Positions 58,090 through 64,000 of a stretch of 64,000 nucleotides of DNA are shown here, piece after piece. Numbering within the stretch: position 1 is the first letter of the stretch; the number at the start of each line of letters is the position of its first letter. The stretch lies in IMG/VR virus record IMGVR_UViG_3300037153_000606. One strand, written 5' to 3'. The notes beneath the pieces were generated by a model, which saw nothing but the letters and a program-made list of their open reading frames with translations, made no database searches and was not told the origin of the DNA. The DNA is from a virus. Position numbers and translations under genes: made by a program.

Positions 58090-58935
58090 ATGGCCGACAG
58101 CGACCGGGCCTACGTCTCTCAGTACTCGCAGGAGACGCTCGGCCTGATGCTCGCAGTGGCCTCGGTACCCACCGACGCCGACGGCACCGTGCTGGTCACC
58201 GTGTCCAACCAGGACACCCAGGCCACGCTGTTCCAGCGGGTCGCCGATCACGTCGGCGTCGGGCAGTACCAGATCGATCTGACGCCGGACGACACGGCGG
58301 TGCTGGGCAACTACATCGCGCAGTGGGCCTACCAGCTCAACGGCGCGCAGAAGAGCTACAACGGCTACTACTCCATCGGCGGCGCAGAACCGGCCTACGA
58401 CCAGCTCACCCCCGCGCTGAAGCAGATCGTGGACAACGTCTGGATCCGCTTCGCCGACCTGTTCGACTCGCCGTCCGGCGGCCCGAACCTGCAGACCTAC
58501 TTCCAGACCAACTGGAACCGGGGCCGTATCGCCCAGTTGATGGGGTTCGCGGTCGGCTACCTGAACACCATGGCGCAGCCGTACTCGACCTACACGGCGG
58601 CCACCTTCCCGGTCGACCAGTGGGGTTCGCTGCTCGAACAAAGCACCTACGTGGAGTGCCTGAAGCACCTGCGGCGCAGCTACGTCGAACAGCCCGAATA
58701 CCAGGGCGGCTCGATCTCCCGGCTGGACCGGCGTGACTACCTGCAACGCTGGGAGGACGTGCTCGCCGACGAACAGGCGCTGCTGAAGGGCCAGATGGAC
58801 ACCTTCAAGATCAGCCAGATGATGCTCGGTCGTCCGGCCGTGCTCGTCTCCGGCGGAGTGTTCGGCAGGTGGGCCCCGTCCGCCTACCCGGGCAACATGG
58901 GACGCCCCCGGCTGTGGTGGTCGAATTATTTTTAG
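58090..58935 (+). CDS. Head-to-tail adaptor (putative)
   Basis: RFADLFDSPSGGPNLQTYFQ...HLRRSYVEQP...LDRRDY resembles Bxz1-like neck proteins; gene order. Confidence 0.6.
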   Translation: MADSDRAYVSQYSQETLGLMLAVASVPTDADGTVLVTVSNQDTQATLFQRVADHVGVGQYQIDLTPDDTAVLGNYIAQWAYQLNGAQKSYNGYYSIGGAEPAYDQLTPALKQIVDNVWIRFADLFDSPSGGPNLQTYFQTNWNRGRIAQLMGFAVGYLNTMAQPYSTYTAATFPVDQWGSLLEQSTYVECLKHLRRSYVEQPEYQGGSISRLDRRDYLQRWEDVLADEQALLKGQMDTFKISQMMLGRPAVLVSGGVFGRWAPSAYPGNMGRPRLWWSNYF

Positions 58936-58970
58936 ACTATTCAGTAATCTGACCGTGCTACGGTCCCACT

Positions 58971-59480
58971 ATGGTCAACCCGACATGGGACACCAGCAGG
59001 GTCGAGGACGTCACCGAGCACTTCTGGAGTCGGGTCGACGGATCCGGTGGGCAGGACGCTTGTTGGCCGTGGACTGGCCCTCCGATGAAGTCGGGATACG
59101 GGCAGCTCAACCTCAAGGCGCTCGGCGGCCACGTCTACGCCCACCGGATGGCCTTCATCCTGTTCTACGGGCCGATCCCGGATGAGGCGTCCGTCGATCA
59201 CGAGTGTCACAACCGCGATCACTCCTGTGCGGGCGGGAACAGTTGTCCGCACCGCCTGTGCTGCAACCCGAAGCACCTGAAGGCCAAGACGCGGGGCGAG
59301 AACGTCAAGGCCGCCTACGAGGGCCGCCAGCGCGGATCCAACATCACGCACTGCCCGCACAACCACGAGTACACGCCGGAGAACACCAAGACCACCGGCC
59401 ACGGTCGGCAATGCCGGACCTGCCTGCGGAAGAGAGCCAACGAGTACTACGCCCGGAAACGAGCCGAGCGCAATAGTTGA
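58971..59480 (+). CDS. HNH homing endonuclease
   Basis: FWSRV...CWPW...GYG...AHR...DHEC...CCNPKHL...THCPHNH...CRTC. Confidence 0.85.
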   Translation: MVNPTWDTSRVEDVTEHFWSRVDGSGGQDACWPWTGPPMKSGYGQLNLKALGGHVYAHRMAFILFYGPIPDEASVDHECHNRDHSCAGGNSCPHRLCCNPKHLKAKTRGENVKAAYEGRQRGSNITHCPHNHEYTPENTKTTGHGRQCRTCLRKRANEYYARKRAERNS

Positions 59481-59496
59481 TCTTGGTTTGGCCTGT

Positions 59497-59529
59497 CCTG
59501 CCGTGTGTACCGATCCCGCCGCGAAGTAG
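59497..59529 (+). promoter_or_regulatory. Putative late promoter CCTGCCG-N19-GAAGTAG
   Basis: Recurring motif. Confidence 0.55.
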
Positions 59530-59559
59530 GGAGCGCGGACTGACGGACGGAGACCGGGC

Positions 59560-59904
59560 ATGGCCATCGCCACCGATACCGAGAAGAACTCGATCATCAC
59601 CAAGTACGGTTCCGACGTGGTGGCTTTTTCGCTGCACTCGGCCGACCCGGGAACCACCGGGGCGAACGAGTTGGGCGGCGGGTCACCCCCGTACGCCCGG
59701 AAGGCACCGGCCTGGTCCGCCCCGAACGCGGGTGTGATCACCAGCCAGACCGTCTTCGACATCCCTGCGGGGGCCACTGTGGCCTGGGTGGGGGCCTGGT
59801 CGTCGGTCTCCGGCGGCACCTTCCTGGACAAGGCCCAGGTCTCCCAGCAGCAGTTCAACAGCCAGGGCCAGTACCAGGTCAACGCCACGGCCACAGCGCA
59901 GTAG
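59560..59904 (+). CDS. Small virion structural protein
   Basis: SLHSADPGTTGANE...YAR...GGTF motif of tail-associated proteins. Confidence 0.7.
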   Translation: MAIATDTEKNSIITKYGSDVVAFSLHSADPGTTGANELGGGSPPYARKAPAWSAPNAGVITSQTVFDIPAGATVAWVGAWSSVSGGTFLDKAQVSQQQFNSQGQYQVNATATAQ

Positions 59905-59914
59905 GGGGTGGCCC

Positions 59915-61525
59915 ATGGTCCCGCAGCAGCGGGACGTTCTGAACTATGACGCCACGTCGGTCTCCAACGCGTCTTTCAGCATCCCGCTACCTTCCACCGT
60001 CACCGGCACCGACGGGGACGGCAACCCGATCTACACGATCACCATCCAGCCCGATGACTGGGGCATCGTGCTGGTGGTCTGGTCGGCGGTCAGTGGTTCC
60101 CCGCTCGCCGGGCTGAGCACCTCCTGGCAGGTGCTGCAACCGCCGACGGTGGCCAACCAGGTGTGTTTCGCGGTGCTGGCACGCCAATTCGTCGATGGCG
60201 ACACGGTCGTCGACATCGAGCTGACCGACAGCAGGTTCCTGCTCGCGGTCGGTATCTGGTACTCCGGCGCGGACCGGGTTGACACAGTGGGACAGCCGGG
60301 GATCAACCCGAGCGCGGTGCTGCAGACCTCGACCGCGCCGTCGATGGTCGCCTCTGGCGCGTCCGACGAGCTGGGCCTGTCGCTGTTCGTCTCGGCGATG
60401 CGGTCCGTGCCGCCGGTGGTGCAGGTCAGCCAGGGCACCGTGGTAGTCGGCAGGACCGGCAATCCGAACACGGTGCTCGGCCTGATCGCCGCCGGGCCGC
60501 TCTCAGGACCCGGGCCCACCGGGGACGTCATCGCCACCTACGACACAGGCGCACAGTCCCGCGCCGGGATCCAGCTCGGCCTGCTGACGCTCGGCGGGCA
60601 GATCGCCGGGACCGCCAGCTTCGGGACCCAGGTGACCCTCGCGGCCACCGGCGTCCCGGCACGGCCTACCGACGCCGCATTCGCTGTTGCGGTCGCACTG
60701 GCCGTCACCGGCCTATCCGGTAGTCAGGCCGCGTTCACCCCGACGGTCGTACTCAGCGCAGTGGGGCGACCGATCGTCCCGATCAACCTCAACCCGGTCG
60801 TCAACCTGAGCACCGTCGGGCAGATACGCGGCTTCGCCACGAAGACCATGACCATCGGGCTGGCCACCATCGGCTCGCCCCACTTCACCGGCACGCCCGC
60901 GTTCAACCCGAGGGTCGTCCTCGCCGCCACCGGGGTGAAGAAGGTCAGCGGCATGATCGGCCTCGGCCCCACCGTGACACTCTCCACGCGGGGTCGGGCG
61001 CTGACCTGGGCACGTCCCGGTTTCACCGTCACCGTCCGGCTGGCGGCACTGGGCACCCCGACCATTCCCGGCACCGCCCATTTCCGGCCCGGCGTCACGT
61101 TGTTCACCCGGCGCAACGGGGTCTTCATCCTCGGCACGGCGGGCTGGGGGCCGTTGGTCACACTGCGCGCCGCCGGTGTGTTGATGGCCACCTCCGGCAG
61201 TGCGGACTTCACCCCCGAGATCACTCTGACCGCCGACGGCACTCCGGACTTCACACCGGTCGGGGAAGTCGATTTCGGACTGCGGGTGACACTGGCCGCC
61301 GACGGGTTCTCGCTGCCGCGCGGCCCGGTGGGTGTCACCATCAAACCGGTGCTGCAGGAACCGGATCCGGACTGGCACGGGCGGCCCAAGGACGAGTACG
61401 ACTGGCGGGTGGACCTGCCGGTCGGCACGGCCGGGTTCGATACTGAGGTCACCCTGATCGCCGAAGGCGGCGAGCTGCTCGGCGCGACCCAGCACGCCGC
61501 GCACACGTGGAGCGTGGACGAATGA
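59915..61525 (+). CDS. Virion structural protein with repeated beta segments
   Basis: Repeated GxAxF...VTLxAxG units. Confidence 0.65.
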   Translation: MVPQQRDVLNYDATSVSNASFSIPLPSTVTGTDGDGNPIYTITIQPDDWGIVLVVWSAVSGSPLAGLSTSWQVLQPPTVANQVCFAVLARQFVDGDTVVDIELTDSRFLLAVGIWYSGADRVDTVGQPGINPSAVLQTSTAPSMVASGASDELGLSLFVSAMRSVPPVVQVSQGTVVVGRTGNPNTVLGLIAAGPLSGPGPTGDVIATYDTGAQSRAGIQLGLLTLGGQIAGTASFGTQVTLAATGVPARPTDAAFAVAVALAVTGLSGSQAAFTPTVVLSAVGRPIVPINLNPVVNLSTVGQIRGFATKTMTIGLATIGSPHFTGTPAFNPRVVLAATGVKKVSGMIGLGPTVTLSTRGRALTWARPGFTVTVRLAALGTPTIPGTAHFRPGVTLFTRRNGVFILGTAGWGPLVTLRAAGVLMATSGSADFTPEITLTADGTPDFTPVGEVDFGLRVTLAADGFSLPRGPVGVTIKPVLQEPDPDWHGRPKDEYDWRVDLPVGTAGFDTEVTLIAEGGELLGATQHAAHTWSVDE

Positions 61526-62229
61526 CGCAGCCGAAACCGTTCCTCCCGGTGCAGCCGAACAACCAGCCCTACTACGTGCGCGAGGTGCAGAACTGGGCGA
61601 TCCAGCAGGAACGGCAGAGGCATATCGAAGCAATCCTCTGGGTCGGAGAGCCGACTCTGTTTCTGTTGCTCTGGAAAGTGGAGGACTACGAGGCCGGGTA
61701 CGTGGCCCGGTGCCCGCGTTGCCGCCTGTCCGACGACTCGCTCAACGACCGCATCGAGAAGGTCTACCAGCAGCCGGTACAGGCCACCTGCCCGTACTGC
61801 TTCGGCACCACTTTCGACGGCGGGGTGCGGGCCAAGGTGGTCCGGCCCGCGATCTTCACCGACTCCAACGAGATCGAGCGCAAGTCGGCCCGGGGCGTGA
61901 TCTATCCGGAGAGCTGCGTGGTGGAGAGCACCGACGACTTCCGGGCCCGGCAGGGCGACTACGCCTGTCGTCAGGACGGATCGCGCTGGCAGTTGTCCCA
62001 GCCGAACGGGATCCAGCTGCGCACCGGGTATGCACACCCGGCCCAGGCCAACGCCGCGCTCGGCTACGCGCAGATCCCGGCCACCCGCCAGGACCCGTCC
62101 AGCGTGGCTTTCCAGATCCCGCCCAACGACGCCGAGCTGGGTGGCTGGCTCACCTCGCCGCAGTACTGGCCCACACCGGCCAACGACATGGTCGCGGGCC
62201 CGGCCATCCCGGGTGGGGAGGTGCCGTAG
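61522..62229 (+). CDS. Neck/head-tail connector protein
   Basis: CPRC...CPYCFGTTFDGG; ATGA coupling; gene order. Confidence 0.6.
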   Translation: MTQPKPFLPVQPNNQPYYVREVQNWAIQQERQRHIEAILWVGEPTLFLLLWKVEDYEAGYVARCPRCRLSDDSLNDRIEKVYQQPVQATCPYCFGTTFDGGVRAKVVRPAIFTDSNEIERKSARGVIYPESCVVESTDDFRARQGDYACRQDGSRWQLSQPNGIQLRTGYAHPAQANAALGYAQIPATRQDPSSVAFQIPPNDAELGGWLTSPQYWPTPANDMVAGPAIPGGEVP

Positions 62230-62960
62230 TGCCGCTGGAGATGCTGCCCGAGTCGCGGCTGAGCTGGGACCCGGACCGGATCGTGATCCTGGTCGACTCG
62301 ACCGGCGGGTTGGACACCAACCTGCTGGCTGAGCAGGCGGTGCACGAGGCACGGGTGGTGATGCCGAAGGTCACCGGCTATCTGGTGACCACGCTGCGGG
62401 CCATCCACGGCGACAACTTCTTCGGCATCTACTTCCCGGACAAGCGGGTCCGGTACCTGGAACAGGGCACCGGGCCGTTCACCATGAACAACCTGGCCGG
62501 GAAGACCGTCCCGATGTGGATCGACGACCCGAGCGGGAAGGAGCGGGCCGCCAACCCGAAAGCGAAGACCCGGACCACCGTGGACGGCCGGACCCAGGTG
62601 CTCATCTTCCGGCGCGCGGCGCTCAAGGGGTCGCGCCGCAACGTGCGCAGAACGCTCCCAGGCGGCCGTACCCGCGTCGTCAGCGTCCCGGCCTCCTATC
62701 CGGGTGCGGCGGGCCGGATCAGCCGCCGTGAGGCCTCTCAGCCCCTCACCACGGCAGGCCGTCAGGGCGGCCGGGTGGCACGCGGCAACGTCGGGGTGCG
62801 CTGGCGGCACCCCGGCATCACCGGACGCCAGTTCCTCAACTACGCGATGTCGGTCACCGCCATCACCAACGGATTGGGTGTGGACGTGGTCTACCTCGCC
62901 GACGCGGTGACCATCTTCACGCTGCTGCGCAAGTACACCCAGGGAGGTGGCAGCGCATGA
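62229..62960 (+). CDS. Neck/tail completion protein
   Basis: YLEQGTGPFTMNNLAGKTVPMW...WRHPG; TAGTG coupling. Confidence 0.6.
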   Translation: MPLEMLPESRLSWDPDRIVILVDSTGGLDTNLLAEQAVHEARVVMPKVTGYLVTTLRAIHGDNFFGIYFPDKRVRYLEQGTGPFTMNNLAGKTVPMWIDDPSGKERAANPKAKTRTTVDGRTQVLIFRRAALKGSRRNVRRTLPGGRTRVVSVPASYPGAAGRISRREASQPLTTAGRQGGRVARGNVGVRWRHPGITGRQFLNYAMSVTAITNGLGVDVVYLADAVTIFTLLRKYTQGGGSA

Positions 62961-63622
62961 CCGCACCGCACACCGGCTACCTGACCCGGCTCAAGGGCTG
63001 CGTCGTGGACGCGCTGTCCACGGTGTTCAATTCGACCTTCCCCGACCCGCGTTTCCGGGGTCTGAAGGTGTCCATCGAGTACCCGTTGGACCAGCAGAGC
63101 TACCCCTCGATCTGGGTGAACTACGACGACTCGGACTCGCTGGAGATCGCTTCGATCGACCATCGCGAGTTCCTGGTCGATACCGACGGCCTGCATCACG
63201 AGGTAACCCGGTGGAACTTCGCCGGATCAGTCACCCTCACCGTGGTCGCGCTGAGTTCGCTGGAGCGCGACGCGCTCTATGACGAGGTGGTGCGCATCTT
63301 CGCGTTCAGTCGGATCGAGGAGGCCAATCCGGACTTCCGCACCATTCTGGAGACCAACGACTTCCTGTATCTCGCGGTCAACTGGGACCAGTTGCGCCCG
63401 CACGGGGATGCCGCCGCCCCGGGTACCCCGTGGGGCAGCGAGGACGAGGTCATCTACGAGCGGTCGCTGGGCTTCGACGTGGAAGGTGAGTTCGTCTCCG
63501 ACTGGCGTACCAACACCCTGGTGCCGCTGCGGGAGATCGTGGTGGTCGGCGAGGCGGTCAACGATGCGGGTGATCCGCTCGGGCTGGAACCAATGATCCT
63601 CGGTATCGGCCGCACCGACTGA
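62957..63622 (+). CDS. Tail terminator/completion protein (putative)
   Basis: VSIEYP...YPSIWV...ALSSLERD; directly before the sheath gene. Confidence 0.55.
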   Translation: MTAPHTGYLTRLKGCVVDALSTVFNSTFPDPRFRGLKVSIEYPLDQQSYPSIWVNYDDSDSLEIASIDHREFLVDTDGLHHEVTRWNFAGSVTLTVVALSSLERDALYDEVVRIFAFSRIEEANPDFRTILETNDFLYLAVNWDQLRPHGDAAAPGTPWGSEDEVIYERSLGFDVEGEFVSDWRTNTLVPLREIVVVGEAVNDAGDPLGLEPMILGIGRTD

Positions 63623-63625
63623 CCT

Positions 63626-63658
63626 CCTGCCCTGCCACCGGGCCGCGCAGCGAAGTAA
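63626..63658 (+). promoter_or_regulatory. Putative late promoter CCTGCCC-N19-GAAGTAA
   Basis: Recurring motif. Confidence 0.6.
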
Positions 63659-63691
63659 CGAGCCTTCGCGTCCATCAGCCAGGAGGGCCTC

Positions 63692-64000
63692 GTGACCAGT
63701 GGCGTCAACTTCTCGGCGGGCTATGTCCCGCCCGGTGTCTACGTCTCCACCAAGTCCACCGGCTCGACCGGCGTGGTCGGGGTCGGCGACACCGTCGTCT
63801 GCCTGGTGGGACGGGGAATCGGCTATCAGACCTACACCGAGTCGATCAACTTCGGCAGCGGCGACAACGTCACCCTGGACAACCTGGGCATCGACCCCAC
63901 TTCGGTGGTGGTGACCAGCTCGGGCGCGGCACAGACGCCGTACACGCCGGATGAGCCGAGCCTGCCGCACGACTACTCGGTCAGCCAGAGCCAGGAACCG
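63692..64000 (+). CDS. Tail sheath protein, N-terminal part (runs off the window)
   Basis: RBS AGGAGG; GTG start; YVPPGVY sheath-type N-terminal motif; open to the window end. Confidence 0.7.
   Translation, partial: MTSGVNFSAGYVPPGVYVSTKSTGSTGVVGVGDTVVCLVGRGIGYQTYTESINFGSGDNVTLDNLGIDPTSVVVTSSGAAQTPYTPDEPSLPHDYSVSQSQEP

Noticed and set aside
1-64000. tRNA/rRNA genes, integrase, terminase, cas1/cas2
   Set aside because: None was recognised in this window by eye; they may lie elsewhere in the genome.

Overview
This is a 64-kb segment of a large, GC-rich actinobacterial myovirus with a head and neck gene order like that of Bxz1/cluster-C mycobacteriophages. It carries several giant multidomain head-region proteins, an intein-containing portal, blocks of small accessory genes (including an Acb2/Tad1-like sponge and a vWA protein), collagen, LamG and fibre proteins, a protease/scaffold, decoration and major capsid proteins, a GH19 lysin and holin, neck genes and the start of the tail sheath. 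The main finding is a candidate RNA-guided system on the minus strand at about 47.7-50.5 kb: a stand-alone RAMP/Cas7-like gene, a partner gene, a 15-bp hairpin and a 1.57-kb array of GGY-NN pentamers. GGCA phase shifts divide the array into about 30 units. A second, orphan array of 11 units sits at 29.5-30.1 kb, and two single units are embedded in coding genes. Reading the variable NN dinucleotides on the complementary strand as codon positions 1-2, with the wobble base skipped, makes several units spell conserved protein motifs: TIR (RDLFLCHAS), patatin (DGGVWANNP), SNF2 Walker A (LLADEVGTGKT), MazG (EELGDVLWYAA), ComEC/MBL (ALKLPHHGS), HNH (VTLEIHHID), tyrosine recombinase (AAAYLGHAT) and an HTH. 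This suggests gapped, wobble-tolerant guides aimed at defence and mobile-element genes. Other findings are two toxin-like domains inside a head polyprotein, each preceded by an overprinted leaderless antitoxin-like ORF; an HNH gene that split the protease gene and supplied a recoded replacement 5' end; and a recurring CCTGYCC-N19-GAAGTA late-promoter motif. All protein family calls come from motif recognition by eye; no database searches were run.
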